A stretch of DNA of 64,000 nt from Polyangiaceae bacterium. Lineage in GTDB: Bacteria > Myxococcota_A > Polyangia > Polyangiales > Polyangiaceae. The position numbers were made by a program, and so were the translations under genes. Below are positions 38,613 to 48,592 of the stretch, piece after piece (within the stretch, counting starts at the first letter, position 1; each line of letters starts with the position of its first letter). The notes under the pieces are model-generated. The model did not search any database. It was not told where the DNA came from and saw only the letters and a program-made list of their open reading frames with translations. The DNA lies in assembly GCA_044376115.1 (NCBI GenBank), contig JBILLK010000011.1, positions 1 to 64,000 on the forward strand. The letters run 5' to 3'.

Positions 38613-38948
38613 GAGGTGTCCCTTCGCCTACGTATTGGAGGCAGTCGCGTTCGTTGGCACACGACTGCAGCAAGGAGTGCGCCGCTGCTGTCGCCCTTGG
38701 ACCTGCGCCGAATCGAACCGAACGCGCTTCGTGCGCACCGCTTTCGCCACGGTTGTGTCGAAAGCGCTCATGCGCCTACCGCTCATTCGTGCGCGGGATC
38801 GAGAGCTTACGTTTGGGTAGCTCTGGGCAACGTCGTCGCGGTTCTTCCTGGCTCGTGTCGTGCATTCTGAACATGCAATGCTGATGAAGCTCCCGGGGCT
38901 GACTTCGATATGAAGGGTGTGGCTCGAGCGCCTCCGCGGGGGTACTTC

Positions 38949-39809
38949 ATGGCAGGCGTGCTCAAGCACGCGACTCGCAGCTGGGGCGTGGTCCGGCTTG
39001 CCGCCCAAACGTTCGTGCGAATCGATGGGACGCAATGGGCGGGCTCGTTCGCCTTCAACGCGTTCCTTTCGCTGTTTCCGGTCGCTATCTTGTTCGTGAC
39101 GTTAGCTTCGCTCTTCGTCGACCGGCAGACCGCTGGTCAAGCCATCGTTACCTTCATGGAGGGCTATGTCCCTATCGATGGCGAGATGCGAGCACGTGTC
39201 TTCGGCGCGCTGGCTTCGGTGATTGAGGCGCGTCAGCAGGCAAGCGTCGTCGCGTTGCTGAGCCTGCTTTGGGCTGCGCTCCAATGGTTCAATACGCTCG
39301 TGCTCGCCACGAACCGAGCGTGGGGTGACCGCGCCTACAGCTGGTGGCGTTTGCCACTGCGCGCATTGGCGCTTCTTGCTGTGACCGCAGGCGCTGTCCT
39401 CCTCGGCATGGCAGCCCCCGTGCTGGCCAGCGTCGGGAAGTCTTGGCTCTTCCCAGCGGAGAACATGGGCGCGACGCTCTACGCTCTATGGGGCGCACTT
39501 GTCCCGCTGCTGCTGCTGTTTCTCAGCCTGACCTTCTTCTTCCGACTGGCTCCACGAAAAACGAAGCGGTTCTCTGAGGTCTGGGTTGCGGCGGCCTGCA
39601 CCACGCTGCTGCTCCAGGCGACGGAGCGCCTGTTCGTCCTCTACCTCGATCACTCAGCTGGGCTCAGCGCCGTTTACGGAGTGTTCGGTGGGATCACGGC
39701 GTTCTTGCTTTGGATCTACCTTTCCGGCTGCGGCTTCATTTTTGGAGCGTGCCTATGCAGCGCGCAAGCCGAACGCACAGAAGCCGTCAGTCACAGCTCT
39801 TCTTCATAG
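38949..39809 (+). CDS. YihY/virulence factor BrkB family membrane protein
   Basis: AF.AFLSLFP, YG.FGG...FLLWIYLS...FIFGA; multiple TM helices. Confidence 0.88.
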   Translation: MAGVLKHATRSWGVVRLAAQTFVRIDGTQWAGSFAFNAFLSLFPVAILFVTLASLFVDRQTAGQAIVTFMEGYVPIDGEMRARVFGALASVIEARQQASVVALLSLLWAALQWFNTLVLATNRAWGDRAYSWWRLPLRALALLAVTAGAVLLGMAAPVLASVGKSWLFPAENMGATLYALWGALVPLLLLFLSLTFFFRLAPRKTKRFSEVWVAAACTTLLLQATERLFVLYLDHSAGLSAVYGVFGGITAFLLWIYLSGCGFIFGACLCSAQAERTEAVSHSSSS

Positions 39810-40584
39810 CCTTCGCCGCTGTTTCGTAGCCCTCGAGCGCCTGCTTGCAGCCCTCGACCGGCATTAGGTCCTTCTCGTAGTTCTCACACGCCTGCGCCCC
39901 CGCACCTTGTGCGAGCACTTTGCAACAAGCCGCCGCGCGTGCGCAGACGCCTTTGCTCTTGGTTTTCTTCTTCGCGGGAGCAGCGGTCTCGTCCTCATCG
40001 TCCACCGCGTCCGAAGTGGAGTTGCGCCCAAGCAGAGAATCCCAATCGACGAAGACGTAGCCCATGATGATCGCGATAGGGAGGGTCGTGACCAGCATCA
40101 TGATGATGATGCGAGGCAGCGCGCTCTTGTAGTTGGGGGTCATGACGTTGACCCCCATCGGCTGCCCGACGCCTGGTTGCCGATAGCCTTGTTGCTGCGG
40201 AAAGCCTTGTTGCCCCTGCATCAGTGTTCCGGCGAGCGCGATCCGCTGCGGGTTGTGCGGGTCGATCCGCAGCTCGACGAGCGCCCCTGGCTGCACCGAG
40301 GGGATCTGTAGTTCACTCACGAGCTGCTGAAAGTTGGTCGTGTACACCGCGCCGTTGATCGGTGATTGCACCTCCACGGTCAGGATGAGGTTCAAATGGC
40401 GATGACCCATCACTGCCACCGAGCCACCGGTCGTACCCAATTGAAGGATGCGCCCGCGGGCGGGCAATCCCGTGCGAAGCAGCTCATCTGTCTTCGCCTG
40501 GCCCTTCATCAGGGCGGTCATAATGACCACCACCATCACGATCGGAAGGGCGATGCTGAGAATGACAATGATCCCGGTCGGCAC
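39787..40584 (-). CDS. Hypothetical membrane protein with Cys-rich C-terminal helical domain
   Basis: TM helix; G..A.G.IL...TG and PG..V..R.DP..P pattern; second TM; C..AAACC motif. Confidence 0.65.
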   Translation of the reverse strand: MPTGIIVILSIALPIVMVVVIMTALMKGQAKTDELLRTGLPARGRILQLGTTGGSVAVMGHRHLNLILTVEVQSPINGAVYTTNFQQLVSELQIPSVQPGALVELRIDPHNPQRIALAGTLMQGQQGFPQQQGYRQPGVGQPMGVNVMTPNYKSALPRIIIMMLVTTLPIAIIMGYVFVDWDSLLGRNSTSDAVDDEDETAAPAKKKTKSKGVCARAAACCKVLAQGAGAQACENYEKDLMPVEGCKQALEGYETAAKAMKKSCD

Positions 40585-40640
40585 GTCCCCAACGTACTGC
40601 CCAAGCCGGGCGCGGGCGAGTTTGAATCGGCGATTGGCGG

Positions 40641-41291
40641 CTAGCTCGAGGGAGCGGCGCGCCGGCTCTTGAGTCGCGCCCGAACCTTCTCCACCAAGGC
40701 CGGATCTGCAAGGTCTGGGTGGCCTGAACGAAAGGGCGGGGCCGGGTCGTACTCGAGGCCGAGTTGCAACTCTTTTGCGAATGCTTCGCCTGCGAGCTCG
40801 GCCGCGAGCATGAGTCCGAAGTCGATACCGGCGGTGACACCCCCGGCCGTGATGCGATTGCGATCGCGGACCACGCGCCCCTTCGTCACTGTCGCTCCGA
40901 GGGCGCTGAGCTCATCCAAGTAGGCCCAATGGGTCGTGGCCTGATAGCCCGTCAGCAGACCCGCCGCGCCCAATACGAGGGCGCCAGTGCACACCGAGGT
41001 CACATAGCGCGCGTTTGCTCCGTGCTGACGTAAGAAGCCAAGAACCTCCTCGTCCGCCATCAGATCGACCTGACCAATCCCGCCGGGAACGAATACCACA
41101 TCCAGCGGCGGACACTCGGCGAGCGTCATCGTCGGCAACAAGCCAAAGCCAGCCTCTGTATGCACCGGCGCGAGCGTCTTCCATAGCAGGTGGACGCGGG
41201 TGTTCGGGATGCGATGGAAGAACTCATAAGGCCCAGTGAGGTCGAGCTGGGTGAGGCGAGGGAAGAGGAGCATCCCGATGTGGATCGTCAT
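40641..41291 (-). CDS. DJ-1/PfpI family protein (isonitrile hydratase-like)
   Basis: TQLDLTGP, VPGG.G, TSVCTGAL.LGAAGLL.G..ATTHW, GGVTAGIDF, EYDPAPPF.SG.P. Confidence 0.92.
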   Translation of the reverse strand: MTIHIGMLLFPRLTQLDLTGPYEFFHRIPNTRVHLLWKTLAPVHTEAGFGLLPTMTLAECPPLDVVFVPGGIGQVDLMADEEVLGFLRQHGANARYVTSVCTGALVLGAAGLLTGYQATTHWAYLDELSALGATVTKGRVVRDRNRITAGGVTAGIDFGLMLAAELAGEAFAKELQLGLEYDPAPPFRSGHPDLADPALVEKVRARLKSRRAAPSS

Positions 41292-41427
41292 GGCGACCAT
41301 TGTGGCGATCGAAGCCGAGCACAGCCAGGACAATGGCTGTCCCTTGGGCCCGTGCTCCGACGTCTTAAGCGCAAAGGAAGGCTCGACTCGCTCGCCTGTG
41401 AGCGCCATCGAGCTTTGAAGGTGCTCT

Positions 41428-42030
41428 ATGTACTCACGCGAATTGATCTTGGCGGTCCTGCTCTCTGTTGGCTGCGGCGCGAGCGAAGACTCAACTGTAA
41501 GCCCCGCTGAACTCGATGATCGGTCGCAGCTGACCAACCTCGCAGGGACCTGGCGCGACCCTGCCCCCTATGCGTATGGCGAAGCCTTTGGTGCTCGCGA
41601 ATTCACCTTCGATGAGGGCAAGTGGACGCTCCGCTTTACGCTATCGCACGACCCTGCAGGTGAGCTTCCGGTGTTCGACTTTCGCACCAAGGGTCGTTAC
41701 GAGGTAGGCGCCGCAGCCAAGGGCGTCGACGGCGCCTTCGAGGCCGTCTTTCACGAGGAGCAAAAGTTCCTTACGCTCCGCACCAGCGATAGCAAGCTCG
41801 CGCAGGCGTTCGGCTTCACTCCGTGCGGGCTCACCCCGAACGTCGAGAAGGACATTTCGACGAGTGGTTGTTCAGCCTGGAAACCCGTGGCGCAGTGTCC
41901 GTCCGACTATGACTTGCTGGCGCTTGTGGATGAGGGGCGGCTCGCCTTTGGAGTCCGCCCTGCTGACAACGATATGTGCAGCCCGGACAAGCGACCCACG
42001 GCGTTAACTGCACCGGTTCACAAAATCTAA
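41428..42030 (+). CDS. Lipoprotein with APCDD1-like domain
   Basis: LLSVGC lipobox; REFTF, G.Y.VG....V.GA.E, V.KDIS..GC, YDLL, L.FG.RP.D....PDKRPT motifs recalled from the APCDD1 domain. Confidence 0.65.
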   Translation: MYSRELILAVLLSVGCGASEDSTVSPAELDDRSQLTNLAGTWRDPAPYAYGEAFGAREFTFDEGKWTLRFTLSHDPAGELPVFDFRTKGRYEVGAAAKGVDGAFEAVFHEEQKFLTLRTSDSKLAQAFGFTPCGLTPNVEKDISTSGCSAWKPVAQCPSDYDLLALVDEGRLAFGVRPADNDMCSPDKRPTALTAPVHKI

Positions 42031-42109
42031 AGAGGCTTGGTCCTTTGCCCCTATCAACGATCGTCCTTTGAGCATGGCCGCGCTTCGCGCAAGATCCGAG
42101 GAGTTATCT

Positions 42110-42475
42110 GTGCAGTACCTATTGATGTTCAATTCACCGGCTTCCGACCTCGAACGAAAGCCTGAGGACCCTGATTCTGCAGACTATTGGGAGTCCTGGC
42201 GCCTCTATATGAAGGAGATCTACTCGGCCGGCGTGGTCAAGAGCGGTAACGCGTTGGCTTCGCCTTTCAGCGGCACGACGATTCGCCTCCGCGACGGGAA
42301 GCGTCAGGTGCATGATGGTCCCTTCGCGGATACCAAGGAGCTGCTTGGCGGCTACCTCGTGATCGAGGTGCCTTCACTCGATGAGGCAATGCACTGGGCG
42401 TCCAAGAGCCCCAGTTCGCTCGTCGGCAGCACCGAGATCAGGCCGCTCGCCGACGTGAGCAAGGTCGTCGGTTGA
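42110..42475 (+). CDS. YciI (DGPF) family protein
   Basis: DGPFADTKELLGGY.VI.V.SLDEA..WA...P.....EIRP; GAGGAG RBS. Confidence 0.9.
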   Translation: MQYLLMFNSPASDLERKPEDPDSADYWESWRLYMKEIYSAGVVKSGNALASPFSGTTIRLRDGKRQVHDGPFADTKELLGGYLVIEVPSLDEAMHWASKSPSSLVGSTEIRPLADVSKVVG

Positions 42476-43701
42476 CCGAGGCGGTGAGGCGAGCCGCCGC
42501 GACCTTCGCGGCTCGAGAGTCGTACGGGCGCATGCTCACGTACCTCGCTAAACGTTGGCGGGACGTTGCTGCTGCAGAGGACGCCCTCTCAGCAGCTTTC
42601 GAGCAGGCGCTCGTGCACTGGCCCGCCGAAGGGGTGCCGGAAGCCCCGGATCGCTGGCTGCTCGCCGTAGCCCATCGCAAGTTGACCGACCAGGCCCGGC
42701 ACATCGCCATACGCACGCGCCCCGATGTGCTGGCAGCGCTAACGGCGGCAGTCGAGAGCGTCGAACTGGGAGCCTTTTCTATGCCCGATGACCGCCTGCG
42801 CCTAATGATGGTTTGCGCACATCCCGCGATCGATGAAGGCGTGCGGCCAGCGCTCATCCTGCAGCTGGTGCTCGGGCTGGAGGTCAAGGTGATGGCGCCC
42901 CTCTTCGTGTTGCCCGAGGCGACGCTCAACAAGCGACTCGTTCGCGCCAAGGCCAAGATCCGCGAAGCCGGATTGCGCTTTGAGGAGCCTGAACCGGCAG
43001 AGCTTGGTGACCGCGTGCACGCCGTGCTCGAGGCGCTCTATGCGGCGTACGTGTGCGGCGCTGACCGCGAAGGCGCGGCAGACTTGCGTCAAGAGGCGGT
43101 CTTTCTCGTGCAGCTCGTCGAAGAGGCGTTGCCTGATAACGCCGAGGCGCGCGGATGCTCGGCTTTGATCTCGCTATGCGAGGCTCGCCGGCCCGCCTTG
43201 GTCGGCACCGGCTTCTCGATCGTCCCGCTCGACGAGCAGGACGTCTCGCTTTGGGATGAAGCCTTGCTCGCGCGTGGCTTGCAATCGCTTGCGCGCGCTG
43301 CTGCCTGCAGCCAAGGTGCAGGGCCATTTCAGCTCGAGGCGGCCATCCAAGCGGCGCATTGTTACCGCGCGCGCTCGGGCTCGACTCCGTGGCTGGAGAT
43401 CGCCGCGCTGTATGAGCGTCTGATCGAAGTCGGACCCACGCTCGGAGCTTATGTCGGCCGAGCGATCGCCATGGCCTATGCAACAGATTCTGCTGCGCTT
43501 GGGCTGGCTCAATTGGACGCCCTACCGCCGGCTGACCGCGAGCGTTACCAGCCGTATTGGTTGGCCGAGGCCCATCTCCTTGAACGCTGCGGCGACCGAC
43601 GCCCTGCACGAGAGGCGCTGGACCGAGCCCTGGCGCTGACGTTTTCGGCCCGTCAGAAGCACTTCATCGAGCGTTGGCGTACGCGCCTCGCCGACGCGTA
43701 G
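42472..43701 (+). CDS. ECF sigma factor with long TPR-like C-terminal extension (ECF42/DUF6596 type)
   Basis: AEDAL..AF..AL..WP..GVP..P..WL, DDRLRL...CAHPA, RLVRAK.KI, PL.EQD..LWD, GPFQLEAAI.A.H. Confidence 0.9.
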   Translation: MTEAVRRAAATFAARESYGRMLTYLAKRWRDVAAAEDALSAAFEQALVHWPAEGVPEAPDRWLLAVAHRKLTDQARHIAIRTRPDVLAALTAAVESVELGAFSMPDDRLRLMMVCAHPAIDEGVRPALILQLVLGLEVKVMAPLFVLPEATLNKRLVRAKAKIREAGLRFEEPEPAELGDRVHAVLEALYAAYVCGADREGAADLRQEAVFLVQLVEEALPDNAEARGCSALISLCEARRPALVGTGFSIVPLDEQDVSLWDEALLARGLQSLARAAACSQGAGPFQLEAAIQAAHCYRARSGSTPWLEIAALYERLIEVGPTLGAYVGRAIAMAYATDSAALGLAQLDALPPADRERYQPYWLAEAHLLERCGDRRPAREALDRALALTFSARQKHFIERWRTRLADA

Positions 43702-43704
43702 AAG

Positions 43705-45240
43705 CTACTGCTCAGGGAGCTTGCCGCGGGTGACCTTGTAGCGCCGAGTGCCTTCATCCCACGCCCAAGCCACATGGAAGTTCACCGGCTGAGTTCCCGT
43801 CTTGGTGATGGCGAGCCCTTTGCCTTTGATACCAAACTCACGCAGGTCAGGGCTCTGAAACTCACGAGCGGAATGCACAGTAAAAGGTTTGGCCGCGCTG
43901 TCCAGTATATCACTCGTGGGCAGGTCATCAGCGCCTAGGGTGCGGGCACGTAGCTCTCCCTGGTCATTGACGGCGAAGACCACCCAGGCAGGGCTCTGCG
44001 TGCCGTATTGTTGTGTAAGCCAGTCAGGGCGGTAGGCAATGACCTGTAGCTCGTTACCGCGCTCGACAATCGCCTTGATGTGGGTTGGCTGGGCGTACTC
44101 CACCGGAACGTCGCCGAATAGCGGGATGAACTCGACGATCTTGCCTTGCTTCTTGGTGACCAGGAAATCGCCATACGTCTTGACGAGTCCCACCTCGACG
44201 TCTCCTCGTTCAGCTTGTTTGAGATAGAGCGGTTCATCCCTGACGGTTAGCGCCTTGGAGCCTTGATGGGGTAAGCAGCGAACCCGGTCAGGCTGCCCAG
44301 GGTGATAAGAGAGCCCGGGCGGAAATGCGGTTCGCTTCGAGTATTTCCCTGGCACCAGCAGTCCTGCGAAGGTGCGCGCTCGCAGGTCCGCGAGTGGCTC
44401 AAACGCGATTGGCGTAGGGAAGGTGAGCTCTCGTAGCGGCGCCGAAGCCAGGCCGTCGCTGGTCGCTTCCGCGGAACTCAGCTTGGCAATACGAATGCGA
44501 AGCTTACTGAGCGGCGCTGCATTGAGGCGGGGTAACGCCGAGAGCGGGAGTTTTGCTTCGAGCCTATGGCCGCCTTGTGAGGTCAGTACCTTGTGCGCTA
44601 TCGGCTTGATTGGAAGCCAGGCGCCTTCGGGCCCGCGCTGGCTCGTCTCGCCGCTCGCCGCCACCCGCAGTCGGCTGAGGAACTCGGCCTTGTGGCTAAC
44701 CTGCAGCCGCTCGTAGTCCGCCGCCTTGGCTCGACAATCCGCGGCTTCCTTCGGCGTCTTCTTGCGCCCCTTGAAGCTGCTCCCTTCTGGTCCAGACTCC
44801 AATACGTTTTCGCAGTCAAAGGCCCATGGTTCACCGCCACGGGAGAACCACTCACCGACAGGCGCCAAGGCTGGCGGCTCTACCGAGAGCTCGATCTCGA
44901 AGCCGGTTTGGGCGCTACCTCCGAGCTCAGCTGCAAGCAATATCCCAGTATCGGTCAGGGCCAAGCCGATTCGTGACAACGCCTCGCGCGGGTTGTTCGC
45001 TAGCTCCTCGGTCGCCCGGAGATCGCCCCACTCAGTGAGTTCGCCGTCGGCTTCAAAGTTTTGCGGCGGACTCTTCAGCACCACGCCGATGCCGTCGATC
45101 CGCTGTTCGGGGGGCTGTGCTCCGGCGCTCGTAGACGCCGAAGCCTGCGGCGGTTCGATCGGTATCGAACGGTCGGCTGGTATCGAACGGTCGGCTGGTA
45201 TGTTGCAGGCGAAGGTGAATGCTAATGCGAAGTATCTCAT
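43705..45240 (-). CDS. Hypothetical lipoprotein, coupled to the cytochrome gene
   Basis: LAFTFAC lipobox-like; DGELTEW resembles CBM9/DOMON-like starts; ATGA overlap at 45237-45240. Confidence 0.6.
   Translation of the reverse strand: MRYFALAFTFACNIPADRSIPADRSIPIEPPQASASTSAGAQPPEQRIDGIGVVLKSPPQNFEADGELTEWGDLRATEELANNPREALSRIGLALTDTGILLAAELGGSAQTGFEIELSVEPPALAPVGEWFSRGGEPWAFDCENVLESGPEGSSFKGRKKTPKEAADCRAKAADYERLQVSHKAEFLSRLRVAASGETSQRGPEGAWLPIKPIAHKVLTSQGGHRLEAKLPLSALPRLNAAPLSKLRIRIAKLSSAEATSDGLASAPLRELTFPTPIAFEPLADLRARTFAGLLVPGKYSKRTAFPPGLSYHPGQPDRVRCLPHQGSKALTVRDEPLYLKQAERGDVEVGLVKTYGDFLVTKKQGKIVEFIPLFGDVPVEYAQPTHIKAIVERGNELQVIAYRPDWLTQQYGTQSPAWVVFAVNDQGELRARTLGADDLPTSDILDSAAKPFTVHSAREFQSPDLREFGIKGKGLAITKTGTQPVNFHVAWAWDEGTRRYKVTRGKLPEQ
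45161..45201. repeat. 18-bp in-frame tandem repeat (IPADRS x2)
   Basis: GGTATCGAACGGTCGGCT at 45161-45178 and 45179-45196. Confidence 0.9.
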
Positions 45241-46322
45241 GGGGTCTCTAGTGTGCGAATAGGAGGTAGCAGCACCTCCGCAATGAGCTGTTCATTGGCC
45301 GCGTGCGTAACGCCGAGCCTCGTCGCAAGCCCTTCCGACATGCGCTGATAAACAACCTCGATATGGATCGTATCTTTGTGGACGTCGGCCCCGAAGGGAA
45401 GCCACACCGTGCGCGGTGTCCCGTCGGCGGCAAGCCGTTCATCAGCGGTCTGCCGACGCTCGCTGCCGGTCTCCGAGGGGACCATCTCGAACCTACGTTC
45501 AAGCCCCACCGCACTCGCGACGGCACCAGCAGAGCTGTGCGCCCGGACTTCCAAGCGCCGAAAGAGGTCTCCCGTTGGCACGGCGTGGCCAGCCCCTGTG
45601 ACCGTGAGCGTTACGTTGACGGCTCGGTCAGAGGACCGCTCGGCGCTCACGGATAGAGCGCTCTCTAGTAAGCGGTCATCCACCTCGAAGCGATGGCTCT
45701 TACGCTGCTTCGGCTGCTCCGAGCTACCGCCGTTCACGGCTGGCATGTGGCAGTCCTGACAGCTCTCCTGCGCGAGCGGTGACTCCTCATGCTCGCTGCG
45801 CGTCGATTGCATCAGCGCTCGCTGCGGTTTGGGAAAGTCGAATTCGTGACATCCCGCGCAGGCAGCTTCGGTCGTCAGCCGCGCGTCCCCCAACGTTGAG
45901 TGGTAGCGCCCATCGAGGCTTCGCGGGCCGACGATATGGCCTACCTGAACATGACAGGTCACGCAGCCGACGCCGAGCTCGCGTTGCTGCTGCGTACGAA
46001 GCGATACCTCGCTATCGGTGTTCTCGGCGGGCGCTTCCGGTGCGTGGCAGCCGCGGCAAAAGGGCAGTGGTTCGAGTTCGAGCGCCGCTTGAAAGATAGG
46101 ATCTTGATAGGCTCGTTGATGCATCGAGCCACGCCACTCGCGCGCTTCTTCGCTGTGACAGGCCTCACATTGCTCGTTCAATCGCACCGCGTCGAGGCCG
46201 CCGCGGAGCTGGGCTCCTGGCCGCGGCAGCGGCAGGCCGCTCTGCGTGCCCAAGGACCTTGACTGACCGAACGATGCGCTCGTTAGCGCCGCTACTATGC
46301 AAAGCAGCGTAAGCAATCTCAT
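45237..46322 (-). CDS. Multiheme c-type cytochrome (5 CxxCH, c554-like N-terminus)
   Basis: CEACH, CRGCH, CVTCH, CAGCH, CQDCH; W..SMH and GAGH.VPTG motifs; signal peptide. Confidence 0.9.
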   Translation of the reverse strand: MRLLTLLCIVAALTSASFGQSRSLGTQSGLPLPRPGAQLRGGLDAVRLNEQCEACHSEEAREWRGSMHQRAYQDPIFQAALELEPLPFCRGCHAPEAPAENTDSEVSLRTQQQRELGVGCVTCHVQVGHIVGPRSLDGRYHSTLGDARLTTEAACAGCHEFDFPKPQRALMQSTRSEHEESPLAQESCQDCHMPAVNGGSSEQPKQRKSHRFEVDDRLLESALSVSAERSSDRAVNVTLTVTGAGHAVPTGDLFRRLEVRAHSSAGAVASAVGLERRFEMVPSETGSERRQTADERLAADGTPRTVWLPFGADVHKDTIHIEVVYQRMSEGLATRLGVTHAANEQLIAEVLLPPIRTLETP

Positions 46323-46470
46323 TTTCGGTTCAGCCCTTCGTGAGCCAACATGAAGTACATGCATTTCCGGGCGGATGGCAAAGACGCCCATGCAACCACC
46401 AAAGGCAATCAGAATCCCAATTGGCTGCGTACCTCCTCCTCCCGCTCCGTCCTCTTGTATGCTGCCTCCA

Positions 46471-47187
46471 ATGAACCTCCGCTCCAGCTTGTTCTTCGTG
46501 CTCCTCGCGGGCTGCGCGACTGGCGAGCCGCTCAAGCTCGATGGCAACGCGGGTGGGACGGACGGCCCGGAGCCGTTGGCGGGATCGGATGCGGCGGGGG
46601 CGGCTGACGGTTCTGGCGCGACGGGCGCCGGTGCGGCTTTAGTCTCAGGCGGTTCGGGGGGAGCGGGGGCAAACGCTGAAGGTGGTGGCGGAACGTCCGC
46701 TCAACCGAGCTGCGGTGACGGGACGATCGACGCGGGCGAAGAGTGTGATGATCAGAACGGCCAGTCCGGGGATGGCTGCTTGGGATGCATGATTGAGTGC
46801 GCCCCCGGCGAACTGAAGGAGCCGCTGAGTGGCCACTGCTACAAGCTATTCGTGGTCAACTCGGCCCAAGCTGCGGCAGAATCTGCCTGCCAAACCTGGG
46901 GCGGTGCACCAGGCCTTGGTCACCTCGCCTCGTTGAACTCAGCCGCAGAGAACGCCTTTGTTGGTGGTCTCATCGCAGACAATACCTGGATAGGTGCCGA
47001 TGATCTCGGCGGCGCCTGGGCGTGGAACGACGGCTCGGCTTTCGCCTACGAAAATTGGCAAAATGGCGAGCCGAACTTCCCCGGTCTCGAGCATTGCATG
47101 TTCGCCGACGCTGCTGACAAGTGGCATGATCACAACTGCGCCGACCTACGGCCCGCTTACCTGTGTGAGCGCGGCAGCGGTAATTAG
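46471..47187 (+). CDS. Lipoprotein with Myxococcus Cys-rich repeat and C-type lectin domain
   Basis: LLAGC; CGDG.ID.GEECDD.N...GDGC; HCY, GHLAS..S..EN, WIG, W.W.DGS, NW..GEPN, W.D..C, YLCE. Confidence 0.88.
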   Translation: MNLRSSLFFVLLAGCATGEPLKLDGNAGGTDGPEPLAGSDAAGAADGSGATGAGAALVSGGSGGAGANAEGGGGTSAQPSCGDGTIDAGEECDDQNGQSGDGCLGCMIECAPGELKEPLSGHCYKLFVVNSAQAAAESACQTWGGAPGLGHLASLNSAAENAFVGGLIADNTWIGADDLGGAWAWNDGSAFAYENWQNGEPNFPGLEHCMFADAADKWHDHNCADLRPAYLCERGSGN

Positions 47188-47594
47188 CGGGCTGGGCACG
47201 CGTCGCTCATGGTTGCCGGAGCGCCCTCCGGCACGAAGCCTTCGCGAGAGTGGCGTTGGTACTCATTGACGAAGGTTGACCGTCCGACGAGCCTACCCGA
47301 AGCGTCATAGAACGAGCTGAAGGAGGTGAATACGAAGCTCCTTGGGTCGGTCTCCACGCGGAGCACGGTGAAGGCACCAAGCTGGCCGATTCGTACGCTA
47401 GCCGACCCTTTGCACTGAGCCTCGACCTCCTGCGCGAGCGGCAAGCAGGCGACCGGTGAGCAAGAAAGCGGCCCCTCTGCTTGATTGAGTACGCTGTTAG
47501 GGGGCGCCGGTTGCGGCGGCTTTGCGGCGCACCCAACCGCTCCAGCCACGACCGCAAGACCGCAGACCAACTTTGTCGAGATGCGCTTGAACAA
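47184..47594 (-). CDS. Small hypothetical lipoprotein
   Basis: AGAVGC lipobox; FYDA.G.LVG motif. Confidence 0.55.
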   Translation of the reverse strand: MFKRISTKLVCGLAVVAGAVGCAAKPPQPAPPNSVLNQAEGPLSCSPVACLPLAQEVEAQCKGSASVRIGQLGAFTVLRVETDPRSFVFTSFSSFYDASGRLVGRSTFVNEYQRHSREGFVPEGAPATMSDACPAR

Positions 47595-47629
47595 GGCTGG
47601 AACCTTACGGCGTGCGGCCCTGAGTGCAA

Positions 47630-48592
47630 CTACGAAGTAGCCGCCGTTCGCTCGAGCAGCGCCTCGAGCTTGTCGAAGGAGCCGGTCCAGCCGAGCGTCA
47701 TGTTTGGGCGTTCACGCAGGAAGGACGCGGCTTCGCTCGGGGTCGTCGAGCCAAGCGGCGCGCTTGTCACGGTTACGCGCGTCCGCTCGGGCGTCTCCTC
47801 GCTGAACTGCACCGTGGTTTGCAACCTCGCCGGCCAGTTCTCGAGCCCCAACGCGCTCGCGGGTTGCTCAGCCTCATCAACGAACTGCTGCATGTACACG
47901 ATGCGCTCGGCGGGCTCGATAGCGAGGTAATCGAAGCGCGCGTGCATGCGGCCGTGTTCACCCTCAATCAGGAAGAAGGTGCTCTTACCCGCGGCGATCT
48001 CCGAGCGAAGAAAGCGCAGCTCGCTGCCGGTGGGAGGTAGCCAGTTTGCGAGCTGTCCGGGCTGCGTCCAAAAAGCAAAGAGCTGAGCAATTGGTGCGTC
48101 GAAGCTTCGATTGATAACGAAGACCGACCTTGCCGCTACTGTGTATTCAAGGTGCTCGGCTAGCCGATCCCACGTGGAGTAACCACCGGCCTGCTTGATG
48201 AACTTGCCGGTTGCGGCGGCGGCCTCCGGAGTGGCAAAGGCGAACACCAACTCCAGCGTCGTCTTGCCGTGCAGCTCACTAAAAGTCGCTGTCACCCGGA
48301 ACAGTGGCGGGGTGTCGTCGGTCCCGCCGTGGTCGTAAACCAGCTGCTGGTACGGCTCGACCACGAAGTACGTCGTCACGTTGGGATAGTCAACGCCGCC
48401 CGGGCCATGCATGGTGTACCGCCAGCTGCCGCCTACGCGCAGATCTTTGCTGTGCGTCGTGAGCGTGAAGCCCCGCGGGCCCCACCACTTCTCCACTTGC
48501 TCAGTCACTGTCCACGCGTCCCAAACTGCTTGCACAGACGCTTCGTAGACGCGCGTGATTCGAATCTCGTTCGACTTACCTTTTGCCGACAT
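47630..48592 (-). CDS. Tandem SRPBCC/AHSA1-like domain protein
   Basis: VWDAWT.....WWGP.GF, DLRVGG.WRY.MHGP; second copy R.FDAP....F..WT.P; GW..SFDKL. Confidence 0.9.
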   Translation of the reverse strand: MSAKGKSNEIRITRVYEASVQAVWDAWTVTEQVEKWWGPRGFTLTTHSKDLRVGGSWRYTMHGPGGVDYPNVTTYFVVEPYQQLVYDHGGTDDTPPLFRVTATFSELHGKTTLELVFAFATPEAAAATGKFIKQAGGYSTWDRLAEHLEYTVAARSVFVINRSFDAPIAQLFAFWTQPGQLANWLPPTGSELRFLRSEIAAGKSTFFLIEGEHGRMHARFDYLAIEPAERIVYMQQFVDEAEQPASALGLENWPARLQTTVQFSEETPERTRVTVTSAPLGSTTPSEAASFLRERPNMTLGWTGSFDKLEALLERTAATS

